This document shows, piece after piece, positions 51,530 through 60,155 of a stretch of DNA of 64,000 nucleotides. The notes under the pieces were generated by a model. It made no database searches and was not told where the DNA came from. It saw nothing but the letters and a program-made list of their open reading frames with translations. Each line of letters starts with the position of its first letter. Positions within the stretch are counted from its first letter, which is position 1. Position numbers and translations under genes: made by a program. The stretch comes from Microcoleus sp. (GTDB taxonomy: Bacteria > Cyanobacteriota > Cyanobacteriia > Cyanobacteriales > Microcoleaceae), in assembly GCA_052279835.1 (NCBI GenBank), contig CP181291.1, forward strand, positions 2,368,001-2,432,000, read 5' to 3'.

Positions 51530-52120
51530 TTATGTAGTTACTTTGGCCAGTATGGTTTTACCTAATCGCAAGACGGCGTATCCTTTAGAACTTGCGTTCC
51601 CTAATTCTGCTTTTAGAGCCCCTGAACCCGTAAAAGCAGCCTGAAAGGTGGCTATTACGGCATCAACACTTGCTCCTCCTACTGGAAAAGAATAGCTACT
51701 GTCAATATGCTTGACGACTCTTGTCCCCCACGGGGTATTTTTTTCAATTGGTGTTGTCAAACCTTTGTGTACAGTAACCCTTAAAACTTTTTTGTGGTTT
51801 CCAGTAAAGTCCACGACCGCCGCGCCAGTACCAAGGTTAGCTAATGTTGTCGATGCTGGCTTCATGCCAAAAGCTTCCTCAGTACCGTCTGGCAGCGTGG
51901 TTAGCACTGATTCTAATACTGGAACTTTTACAAAAACTTTACCACCTGAACCAACCTGACTAACAAGAACAATATCGGTTGCTGGCTTTTTTTTGTAAGG
52001 TTTCGGAGCTGAACTTAGCTTTTTTGCGAGCAATGCTGCTTCGCGTTTTCTTGCTTTATCGGCTCTTGCCTCTAGTTGTTTCGATGTGATTGCTCTGCCC
52101 ATTTGTTTTTCTGTTTTCAC
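51530..52120 (-). CDS. Hypothetical protein with a basic N-terminal arm (capsid candidate)
   Basis: First gene of the leftward operon; K/R-rich N-terminus, then mixed beta/alpha sequence; ATG alternative at 52102. Confidence 0.7.
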   Translation of the reverse strand: MKTEKQMGRAITSKQLEARADKARKREAALLAKKLSSAPKPYKKKPATDIVLVSQVGSGGKVFVKVPVLESVLTTLPDGTEEAFGMKPASTTLANLGTGAAVVDFTGNHKKVLRVTVHKGLTTPIEKNTPWGTRVVKHIDSSYSFPVGGASVDAVIATFQAAFTGSGALKAELGNASSKGYAVLRLGKTILAKVTT

Positions 52121-52236
52121 TTAACATCTCAAACCTAACACAAAAAAAACAAGCGCAAAACACCGTTATCCTAAATCAAACCATATAGGTTTGAAAAATA
52201 TTTTATAATAAATTTGTAAGTTCTGAAATAGCGATT

Positions 52237-53211
52237 ATGCCAACACCAAGAAAACCATCTAAAGCGCCTACATCACAGGATTTACTGCTCCCGCCAGAAG
52301 AACCTTCGCTTTTATACGCACAACGCGAATTGATTCGCACAAACGGGATAGACTTTGAACAATGGTGGGATGAATTCAAAGTTGGTTTCGTAAATGGCAA
52401 CCGCGACAAGGCTACCAACTACAAAACATCGTTGTGGACTAAGCCTAAGTATTCTAATATCACCCCTACGACTTCTACCAGCGGGGCAGTGACTATCGAA
52501 TACTGGCCTGACAAAGATAAACTAGAAGACAGTTATCTACTATCGGGTACTACCAGTGACTTGATAGGGGGAATTATGGCTATTATGCGCCAAAAGTCTA
52601 CTGAGGCGAATTCAGTAAGCGGTAAAGGTAGCAAACCACTGTTACGCGGCTACCCTTGTATCAAACTCCTGTTCATGTCAGATGACGGCATAAAAGGAGT
52701 CAAACAGATAAGATGTGTCGGGTTTACTGAAAATTCCAAAATAGCCGCGAGTAATGGTGGGATTAAGTTATTAACAACAGCCGAAGTTGGTAAGTGGTCG
52801 AACAGGATTAAAACTATTTTTGGCGACAAGGAATTCGCTTGGAACAAAGGTATTTCTTGTCTTAGTTACTCTGGAATGATTGCACGCTTACAAGGTTTAG
52901 AGGGATATGCTTATGTTAAAAGCAAAGCTGACGGCATAATTTTGTTTACAGCTATGCTTGAGATTTTTGGAACAAAGCCAGATATGGACGGATTTAATTT
53001 TAGTGAAAAAATTAATACCTCTCAGTTTACAAAAGGACAAGAGGAAACAAGGTTAATTTTAAACCAGAAAGTCAAAATTTCCGATAAGCGCCCGATAGCG
53101 AATTGTAAATTTGTTAGCGCTAGCTTGGTTTTAGACGGATTAAAGAAGCCCATACCCTTGGTTAGAGGTAAAGTTGCTTTTAATTTAAGTGATGTTGTTT
53201 TAAGTGCTTGA
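52237..53211 (+). CDS. Hypothetical protein (324 aa)
   Basis: Long ATG ORF divergent from the leftward operon; no motif recognised. Confidence 0.75.
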   Translation: MPTPRKPSKAPTSQDLLLPPEEPSLLYAQRELIRTNGIDFEQWWDEFKVGFVNGNRDKATNYKTSLWTKPKYSNITPTTSTSGAVTIEYWPDKDKLEDSYLLSGTTSDLIGGIMAIMRQKSTEANSVSGKGSKPLLRGYPCIKLLFMSDDGIKGVKQIRCVGFTENSKIAASNGGIKLLTTAEVGKWSNRIKTIFGDKEFAWNKGISCLSYSGMIARLQGLEGYAYVKSKADGIILFTAMLEIFGTKPDMDGFNFSEKINTSQFTKGQEETRLILNQKVKISDKRPIANCKFVSASLVLDGLKKPIPLVRGKVAFNLSDVVLSA

Positions 53212-53414
53212 ATTTATGGGGGTAAATAAGGGGGTAAAATTATCTATATATATAAGTATAAATATGTAAGTATTCCCGCCCCTTTCCCGCCCTACATTAT
53301 TTTTTTTGGAACAAGGTGTAGTGTGGTGTATCTTTATACAACCAGATTTTTAAACGCTTGTCAAGTAATTGTAATAAATCTTTACATACCAATTTTAAAT
53401 GTAACGAATTGTAA

Positions 53415-53476
53415 CAAACGCTTGCTTTTGAACTAAAAACAGTCTCACCCATTTTTAGTTCAAAAGCAAGCGTTTG
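53415..53476. repeat. Perfect 25-bp inverted repeat with a 12-nt loop
   Basis: CAAACGCTTGCTTTTGAACTAAAAA (53415-53439) / TTTTTAGTTCAAAAGCAAGCGTTTG (53452-53476). Confidence 0.95.
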
Positions 53477-53484
53477 GAGGGCGA

Positions 53485-53973
53485 GTGTCTAAGTATTTCA
53501 ACAGACTTGTTTTTTACGATCAGATTAGTGGTGAGACTTTTGAACGCCGTCCAAAGGACGCTCCGTCAGGGCAGATCATTAAGTTTGATAGCAAATTGGA
53601 GTTTGGGGTGTTTTTAGAGCTAAAGCATTACGCATCAAGCTTTGAAATTAAATACCAGATCCCTGTTGAATTGAAACCTAAAACAAAATACAGTCCGTCC
53701 AGTCATTATGTAGTTGACTTTGGAGCTTATGACAAGCAAATTGGAGAGTTTGATTTTTATGTTGAAGCCAAAGGACTTTTGACCCCTGAAGCTGCATTTA
53801 AACTTCAAATGCTTGAGGTAGTTGAGCCTAGTGTTCGAGAAAAACTTGTGATTGTTTCGCAAGTTTCAAATCATTACTTTGGCAAAAAATTTCCACCATC
53901 GATAACAATGGCAGAACTTAAGGCGTACTTGGAGAACAAGCACAATGTCAAAAGAAAACACAACAGAAAGTAA
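53485..53973 (+). CDS. DUF1064-like PD-(D/E)XK nuclease
   Basis: FDSKLE...YQIPVEL...YVVDF...VEAKG..TP...KLQM; GGAGG RBS before the GTG start. Confidence 0.75.
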   Translation: MSKYFNRLVFYDQISGETFERRPKDAPSGQIIKFDSKLEFGVFLELKHYASSFEIKYQIPVELKPKTKYSPSSHYVVDFGAYDKQIGEFDFYVEAKGLLTPEAAFKLQMLEVVEPSVREKLVIVSQVSNHYFGKKFPPSITMAELKAYLENKHNVKRKHNRK

Positions 53974-54499
53974 ACGAGAACTACCGATTTATCACTGGTC
54001 AGAAATAGCTTCTCCCAGATTTAAGTTAACTGAAAAGTTGTTTTTGGAGTCGATTACGGTTACACAAACCGTGCATAAGCGTAACCAGACTCCAAAAACA
54101 ACACAAGCGCACCCAGCTTTTGTCGTTTATGATGTTGGCTTTGTCAATTACAAGTTATTGGAGGTAATAGCACCTTTAATAGCAGAAGAATTAATTGACA
54201 AAAATATTGGCTTTGACCAAGAGTCTTTTTCTAAAGGATTCTTAGAGCAGAGCCAGTTGGTGTTTGACAAAACTTACGCCAATCTCATTTCTTCTCTGGC
54301 GACTGTTCTTACTGAGGCGATACAAGCTTACGGTAGTTGTGCCATTAAATCAGAGGACTTTGGAATTACGTTAAACCCAACTGCTTCTGTGATTGTCAGA
54401 TCTTTTAAGTTAGTCCAAGAGCTTGCTCGCACAACCGACCCGGATGTTTTGCCTGTCGAGGACAACAACAAAGGCGATATTTCCGATAGTGGTTTGTAA
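53945..54499 (+). CDS. Hypothetical protein (184 aa)
   Basis: ATG ORF overlapping the upstream gene, GGAG RBS. Confidence 0.7.
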   Translation: MSKENTTESKRELPIYHWSEIASPRFKLTEKLFLESITVTQTVHKRNQTPKTTQAHPAFVVYDVGFVNYKLLEVIAPLIAEELIDKNIGFDQESFSKGFLEQSQLVFDKTYANLISSLATVLTEAIQAYGSCAIKSEDFGITLNPTASVIVRSFKLVQELARTTDPDVLPVEDNNKGDISDSGL

Positions 54500-54561
54500 A
54501 CAAATTCTTTTTATCCCTTTATTTAAGGGGGTAAAAGTTCAACACAACAAAGGAAAACTCA

Positions 54562-55311
54562 ATGAGTATTTCGGTTTCTACAAAGGACAACTTCTACGTT
54601 TTGTATTTTGGAGAGTCAACTGTCGCTAACGACCGAATTGCGTGGCAAGAAGTAGCGTTAATCAATAATGGCGACACGATAACCTGTTATGGAGTCCTTT
54701 CTGCCGATTCAGTTGGATTGATAAAATATAAAGACAAAACCTGGTATCCAGACGGGAAAAAAGCTGTCTTAAAGATTAACGGCTCTCAAGAGAAAGATGG
54801 TTGGGACAAAGAGGAGTCAAAATTCAAAAAAGTCCCTACACCCAAAGAAGAATTGTTGCTCTACGATTTATTGAAGCAAATTGTAGAGCAAAATCCTCAG
54901 ACGTGCTTTGCAGGGCATATATCCCCTTGGGTGAATCCGTTTTACTGGGAGTTTTTAAAAGAGGACGCTAATTCCCCACGTGTTCACAAAATGCGCGAAG
55001 ATTTAGTTTACCTTTGTCCTTGTACTCAAACTCTACTTACGCATTCAGAAATTGATGCCTTTGCTATTTCTGTATCAAAAACCAAGTCATATGGAAGTTT
55101 TAAAAGCGAAACCGAGTCAAATAGAATTAAAGCTCGTATGGATTTTTTGACTTTACAAATGGCGGATGTTGCTCAGTTTAGGGACTTGTACGATCTAGCA
55201 ACCCAGATTGTAATGGCAAGTGAAGGTTCCGAGCGCTTTACGGCTACTAAAATATTAGAGCTGGCGATCGCAAAAACCCTAGAATTGACCGCAATAATTT
55301 TGGGAGCTTAA
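54562..55311 (+). CDS. Hypothetical protein (249 aa)
   Basis: ATG ORF with AAGGA RBS, directly upstream of the ATPase. Confidence 0.75.
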   Translation: MSISVSTKDNFYVLYFGESTVANDRIAWQEVALINNGDTITCYGVLSADSVGLIKYKDKTWYPDGKKAVLKINGSQEKDGWDKEESKFKKVPTPKEELLLYDLLKQIVEQNPQTCFAGHISPWVNPFYWEFLKEDANSPRVHKMREDLVYLCPCTQTLLTHSEIDAFAISVSKTKSYGSFKSETESNRIKARMDFLTLQMADVAQFRDLYDLATQIVMASEGSERFTATKILELAIAKTLELTAIILGA

Positions 55312-55314
55312 ACA

Positions 55315-56589
55315 GTGCTGAGCAAAAAAGGTATCAAGCAAATACAACAGGCTTTAGCCAATGTCGATGACAAAGCTGAACCGGAACTCCACAATAAAGC
55401 AGAAGTAGAGTTATATCCTGAATCCGTTCAACAGGAACTGACGATAGCAGATTTTGCCAAGGAATTTAACTCAGAAGGCGAAGGTGGTTACCCGGCTTTA
55501 CTTGAGAATGGCGACATAGGGCTTAGTGCTATAAACGTCCTCAAAAAAGTGACTTTAGGTCTCGACGAATGGGCTTACACATTTCTTGCGTCTTACAGTT
55601 GCTTGCCTAGTGTTTTAACCAAGGTGCTACCAATTGTTGAGATTAACGGCGAGGCTGGTTCTGGCAAATCTCAATTGTTGTTAGCGATTGGTCATATTTC
55701 GGGCAATAACGTCATTAGCGGCCAGTCCACAGGTGCAAGTCTTAAAAATCACGTTAATCAAATACGCTGGCGTGACCCGGACACTAAGTACCACGAAAAA
55801 AACTGCCTTTTGTTAATCGACAATTTGACAGAGGATAGCTTCAAAAAAGAAGAATACTTAAGCTCTTTTTTGAACGGCTACAAAAGAAGCACAGACCGAA
55901 CTTACATCTCAAACGGAAAAGGGCAAAATCTCGAATTTAGAACTTTCTGTGGAAAATTGTACACAACAATCTGGGATACAAATTCCACGGAATTAGCGCG
56001 ACGAACTATCAGGCTCAAAACCCAGAAAATATCCAGTTTAGAAGTAGCACTAGACCCAGAAGAAATCTACTGGAAACCGCTAACCACTGCACTGGCAGTT
56101 TTTTGGAATAATCCTGAAAATTGGAGTAGTTTTGCTCGAAACTACAAAAAGTACGGTCGTTTTGCAAAACCAAGACACAGCAAAGAACACTGGACACTTT
56201 TGAGAGACGTAATTGTTGCAGGAGTCACTGCTGGAGCATGGTCTACTCTTGATGACGCGATCGCAAGTACAGCAAACTGGCTCGACAAAACTCTAGTAAC
56301 TCGCTCGTCTTTGACCGAGTTGGTAATTTTACGTGCGCTAGAAAGTATCTTAGGGTTACCACAAACAGACTGGGAAGAAATAAGCAAAAAGCACTTGATA
56401 TCAGTTTCACCACGACAACTAAAAGGTGCAATTGAGGAAGCCGTCAAAGATGGACTAATTGAGCGCCCAAAACTAAGCGTTGTGCAACAACACCTAACTA
56501 AATTAGGTTTTGGGGCGTCACAAAAAGACGGCCAGTTAGGCTACGCATACAAAAGAAAAAAACAACAAGAGAACCGAGATGAGCGATAA
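55315..56589 (+). CDS. P-loop AAA+-like ATPase, probable replicative helicase
   Basis: Walker A GEAGSGKS, Walker B LLLIDN, LNGYKR, Arg-finger-like ELARRTI. Confidence 0.75.
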   Translation: MLSKKGIKQIQQALANVDDKAEPELHNKAEVELYPESVQQELTIADFAKEFNSEGEGGYPALLENGDIGLSAINVLKKVTLGLDEWAYTFLASYSCLPSVLTKVLPIVEINGEAGSGKSQLLLAIGHISGNNVISGQSTGASLKNHVNQIRWRDPDTKYHEKNCLLLIDNLTEDSFKKEEYLSSFLNGYKRSTDRTYISNGKGQNLEFRTFCGKLYTTIWDTNSTELARRTIRLKTQKISSLEVALDPEEIYWKPLTTALAVFWNNPENWSSFARNYKKYGRFAKPRHSKEHWTLLRDVIVAGVTAGAWSTLDDAIASTANWLDKTLVTRSSLTELVILRALESILGLPQTDWEEISKKHLISVSPRQLKGAIEEAVKDGLIERPKLSVVQQHLTKLGFGASQKDGQLGYAYKRKKQQENRDER

Positions 56590-57061
56590 TTTCTATACGC
56601 CAGACTGGTTGATTGACGAGGTTGTCGAGTTTTATGGTGGTGAGCTTGATTTAGATCCAAGTGCGGATGCTGGTAAACGAATTCCCGCAGTCAGCCACTA
56701 CACTATCAAAGAAAACGGACTAAAATTCTACTGGGACGCGAAAACGATTTACTGTAACCCGCCATACTCGCGATCGCCAGCGTCAAACATAAGCAAGTGG
56801 GTCGATAAAGCCGTTGACTCGCACGAAAAGTTTGGAGGAGAGACACTTTTACTACTCCCTGCAAGCACCGACACAGTATGGTGTCAAAAGCTGCTGTCTA
56901 ACGCCGCGGCGTGTCTGTTTTTTAAAGGCAGAATCAATTTCCTTGACGAGAATTACAAACCCACAAAAGGTACTGGTAAATTTGCTTCAATGCTCGCGTA
57001 TCTTGGAACTTGGGAGAAGACCTTTGAGCGGCAATTTAATAAATATGGAGTCGTCAAATGA
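56579..57061 (+). CDS. Phage-type DNA N6-adenine methyltransferase
   Basis: FYTPDW, LDLDPS, catalytic YCNPPYS, LLLPASTDTVW, GRINF. Confidence 0.88.
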   Translation: MSDNFYTPDWLIDEVVEFYGGELDLDPSADAGKRIPAVSHYTIKENGLKFYWDAKTIYCNPPYSRSPASNISKWVDKAVDSHEKFGGETLLLLPASTDTVWCQKLLSNAAACLFFKGRINFLDENYKPTKGTGKFASMLAYLGTWEKTFERQFNKYGVVK

Positions 57062-57348
57062 CCCCACAGCTTGAGGGTATTCTGATGCTCCCAGTAGATG
57101 AAACAGCAACAAACAAAGCTGCACTTGCGAAGGAGTTTATTGAATCGCAACACACAATCCTAGAGTACGGTGTTTTCTTTCAGTGGCTTGCTAACGAATT
57201 GTCAAAAAATGATTTGGAGTTTACATCTCAAATTTATTTTTTGACTTCCTTAGATATGCCCCGTGCCAGACTACTATCTATTTGGTTGTTTAAGGTTTCA
57301 GATTTTACCCCCTTAAATAAGGGTATAAAAATCACACTAGAAACGTAG
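57058..57348 (+). CDS. Hypothetical protein
   Basis: ATGA start/stop overlap with the methyltransferase. Confidence 0.55.
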   Translation: MTPQLEGILMLPVDETATNKAALAKEFIESQHTILEYGVFFQWLANELSKNDLEFTSQIYFLTSLDMPRARLLSIWLFKVSDFTPLNKGIKITLET

Positions 57349-57421
57349 ACAATCTAATCTAGTCAAATAGTCCGCAATGACTTTAAACTACGAATCCCTC
57401 TATTAACCTACCCTAAACACC

Positions 57422-57745
57422 ATGGAAGACAACATAGACCGAATTCAGGCAAGAGTTAATCAACAATACGTGGTAGAACAGTTAATGAACCACGGAGAAC
57501 GACTAGCGAACCACGCAGAGCAACTTAAAATCATCGCTCAGGAGCTGAAGATTCTTGGTGAAGTTGTTGTAAATTACAACACCTTGTTGCAGTACCAGGC
57601 GACCCTAAACAAGGTGTTGATAGGTGTTTTGGGAAGACAGTCTTTTATATCAACCGAAGAACAAGGCGATCTAGCGCAACTCAATAAGAGTCTCAACACA
57701 TTAGTTGAAAATTGTTTATTTGAGACTGAGGATTTTTGGTCATGA
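57422..57745 (+). CDS. Hypothetical coiled-coil protein
   Basis: 107-aa ATG ORF, helical heptad pattern. Confidence 0.6.
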   Translation: MEDNIDRIQARVNQQYVVEQLMNHGERLANHAEQLKIIAQELKILGEVVVNYNTLLQYQATLNKVLIGVLGRQSFISTEEQGDLAQLNKSLNTLVENCLFETEDFWS

Positions 57746-58017
57746 GTGAAGTAACTCCCGACATTGATTTGGTTCGACTTAGTAATCGCTTGGCAGAGCT
57801 AGAAGCTAAGGTCTACAAATCGCCTAAGCAACGCAAAAAACGATTTTACTGCTGTGCTGAAGTAACCGAAAACACAAAGCTAACAATGGCTGAAATAGCC
57901 AAATCCAAAGGAGTGACTACGACTAAGTTGTTAGCAGAATTGATTGAAGAATTTATCTTTAATCAGCCTGAGCTTAAACCGGAAGACAGTGTAGTTATTA
58001 AGGAACTTGATTGGTGA
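57742..58017 (+). CDS. Putative ribbon-helix-helix DNA-binding protein
   Basis: ATGA overlap with the previous gene; EVTENTKLTMAEIAKSKGVTTTKLLAELIEEF. Confidence 0.6.
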   Translation: MSEVTPDIDLVRLSNRLAELEAKVYKSPKQRKKRFYCCAEVTENTKLTMAEIAKSKGVTTTKLLAELIEEFIFNQPELKPEDSVVIKELDW

Positions 58018-58104
58018 CAACACAAAATTCCAATGAAATTTTTGCAGTCGCTCACAAACAGCATCAATCACTTTCCTTGACTCAATCAAACCAACTTACC
58101 CAAA

Positions 58105-58476
58105 ATGACCAACATGATACATAATGACGACAATTTAGAACTAGAGTACGCCGAATTTGTACTTGCTACAACAAACAGGCTAAATGCTATCCAAGACAAG
58201 TTTGACGGTATTGAAGCAAGATTGACCGCGCTAGAGAGTAGACTCGACCAACATTATTTGGTAATAAATCAAGTTCTGACACGTATGGTGGTTTATGACA
58301 TTGACACGGCGTACTTTGTAAAGAATGTTACACATAACTTCTGTGCAATCACTGAAGGACACAATCGACTAATCAAAGACCTGGTTGATTGTGTCAAGAG
58401 GGATGGCGCTATCAGTTCAATAACAGTATCTTCTCTTAATAAATCTAGGGTCAGAAAGAGTAACACCGAGTTCTAG
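58105..58476 (+). CDS. Hypothetical coiled-coil protein
   Basis: 123-aa ATG ORF, LNAIQDKFDGIEARLTALESRL. Confidence 0.6.
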   Translation: MTNMIHNDDNLELEYAEFVLATTNRLNAIQDKFDGIEARLTALESRLDQHYLVINQVLTRMVVYDIDTAYFVKNVTHNFCAITEGHNRLIKDLVDCVKRDGAISSITVSSLNKSRVRKSNTEF

Positions 58477-58491
58477 ACTCTGATTTTAGCC

Positions 58492-58530
58492 AATAAAAAA
58501 CCCCCTAAGTTAATTCCTAGGGGGTTTATT
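58492..58530. terminator. Bidirectional terminator between convergent genes
   Basis: AAACCCCCTA / TAGGGGGTTT stem with A- and T-tracts on either side. Confidence 0.7.
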
Positions 58531-58556
58531 TTTATACCCTTAAATAAGGGGGTAAA

Positions 58557-59999
58557 TTACACTTGGACTAATTCGACAGATTCGTTAATTCCGAGATAGT
58601 GTCGTAATATCACATCAACACTGTTACCGCAGCTACTGGCTATATATAGTAATGCGTTGTTATTGTGTGCATTAGCGTGTGCCGTGAGCGTTATATACGT
58701 GTGCCTGGTGTGGTAGAGAGTTAAATAGCCAGAGACTTTACCTTGACGAGCTAATTCGGAAACTAAACCAGGATAGTAATACGTTTTTTTCTCTCCTGTG
58801 GACAAAGTTTTTTTCTGACCTGAATCACGCCAAGCTATATTTAAACTACCTTTGCAGAGAAACCCGCCTTTCTCATTAGGGAATATGAGTGAATTGTTAC
58901 TCATATTTCTAAGATCTAGGAGCAGAGCCTTTAATCGACTGTTTTCGTGAAAATAGAACAGTCGAACTTCGTTGGTTTTGGTAGTCTTGACTTTGCGAGT
59001 AGTGAAACCTAAAGACTTACTAAACCGAATCACGTTGCGCTCAAAATCGACATCTTTCCAAGTTAGTGCAAGGGCTTCACTTGTACGGCATCCTGTTAAG
59101 AAATAGAACTCAATTAAGGGTGCGAATCTAGACTGAGTTTTTTTAGGCGATTCATAGAACGCCTTGACAATGGTATCGCGTTCATCTTTTGTGAATGAAC
59201 GCCTATCTGTTTCTAGGGCCTCCTCATCCTCTGTCTCGTGCCATTCAACCTCGACACCATCCACGATTTTGGAAGCATATTTTTGTTGAGTCGTAACAAC
59301 AGGGGTAGCAAACTTCGCTACATCAAAGGGGTTTTTAGTGGCTGAATGAACTATCAACCCTTTTGATTTAGCTAGATCAAAAGCCTCATTCAGAGCCGAA
59401 ATTAGCTCGGATTTTCTACTTATGTTAATCTCAGCTAAACAGCTATCTATCTTGCTACAATTAGTTAGCGTTAACTCCCTTAAATTCGAGTCAGATAGTA
59501 AGTGACGACATACTTTTTTGTCCCAAACTTTCCCCGCAATTGCGTTAGAAAGATAGCGTAAATATTTATCGCGGAACGTCGTTTCCTCAACTACAGTTTT
59601 CTTCCACTCTAAATATGCTTCCCACATCTCGCCTACAGTAATCTCAGGTACAGTTTGAATCGTACCAGGCAACTGTAGAACCTCGGCTAGTTTGGCGTAT
59701 TTACCCCCCCCTAAGCCGTACTTAGCAAGGGTAGGGTCAAATAGTTTCTCCCATTCTGGATGGTCTAAATCGGCTTCTAGAGCGATCGCAATAGCAGTCG
59801 CTCTCTTCCAGTCATCAGGTTCATCAGCAGAGAAGCCGTATTTGCCTATTCCTAGGCACTTTGGTTTCCCTTTGAGTGATTTACCGTCTAACTGTTCCCA
59901 GAGGGCGTTATGGCGCTTAGGGAATCGCAGTGCGAGGCTACCTTTGTCAGCGTACACGGCAATATCAGAAGCGGATTGAGCTTTGGTTTGAGCTTTCAT
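58557..59999 (-). CDS. int: Tyrosine recombinase/integrase with an N-terminal arm-binding-like domain
   Basis: FLTGCRTSEALAL (R), KTTKT (K), YHTRHTYIT (HxxR), GNSVDVILRHY (Y); adjacent to attR. Confidence 0.93.
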   Translation of the reverse strand: MKAQTKAQSASDIAVYADKGSLALRFPKRHNALWEQLDGKSLKGKPKCLGIGKYGFSADEPDDWKRATAIAIALEADLDHPEWEKLFDPTLAKYGLGGGKYAKLAEVLQLPGTIQTVPEITVGEMWEAYLEWKKTVVEETTFRDKYLRYLSNAIAGKVWDKKVCRHLLSDSNLRELTLTNCSKIDSCLAEINISRKSELISALNEAFDLAKSKGLIVHSATKNPFDVAKFATPVVTTQQKYASKIVDGVEVEWHETEDEEALETDRRSFTKDERDTIVKAFYESPKKTQSRFAPLIEFYFLTGCRTSEALALTWKDVDFERNVIRFSKSLGFTTRKVKTTKTNEVRLFYFHENSRLKALLLDLRNMSNNSLIFPNEKGGFLCKGSLNIAWRDSGQKKTLSTGEKKTYYYPGLVSELARQGKVSGYLTLYHTRHTYITLTAHANAHNNNALLYIASSCGNSVDVILRHYLGINESVELVQV

Positions 60000-60139
60000 A
60001 GGGGGTAGTCCTAAAGTATTGAGTTTTCAAGGTTCTGGCGTTCTAGACAAAATCTAGATTACTCTAGTTTCTGCCTGTTTGTTTTTACCCCCTTATTTAT
60101 GAGGGTAAACGTTTCAGCTAGTATAGCATAATTATCTAA

Positions 60140-60155
60140 CTTATTCCAACATATC
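60140..60155 (+). repeat. attR core, 16-bp direct repeat
   Basis: CTTATTCCAACATATC, identical to 44378-44393. Confidence 0.95.

Larger units (their letters stand above)
44394..60155. mobile_element. 15.8-kb integrated virus-like element (prophage or satellite)
   Basis: 16-bp att repeats, terminal tyrosine integrase, split host gene, dense overlapping ORFs in two opposed blocks, phage-type MTase/nuclease/ATPase and a tail-needle-like protein. Confidence 0.92.

Noticed and set aside
53370..53390. NtcA box
   Set aside because: GTA-N9-TAC spacing, not the required N8
44394..60155. Complete tailed prophage, inovirus or conjugative ICE
   Set aside because: No terminase, portal, HK97 capsid, Zot-like ATPase, relaxase or T4SS motifs recognised by eye
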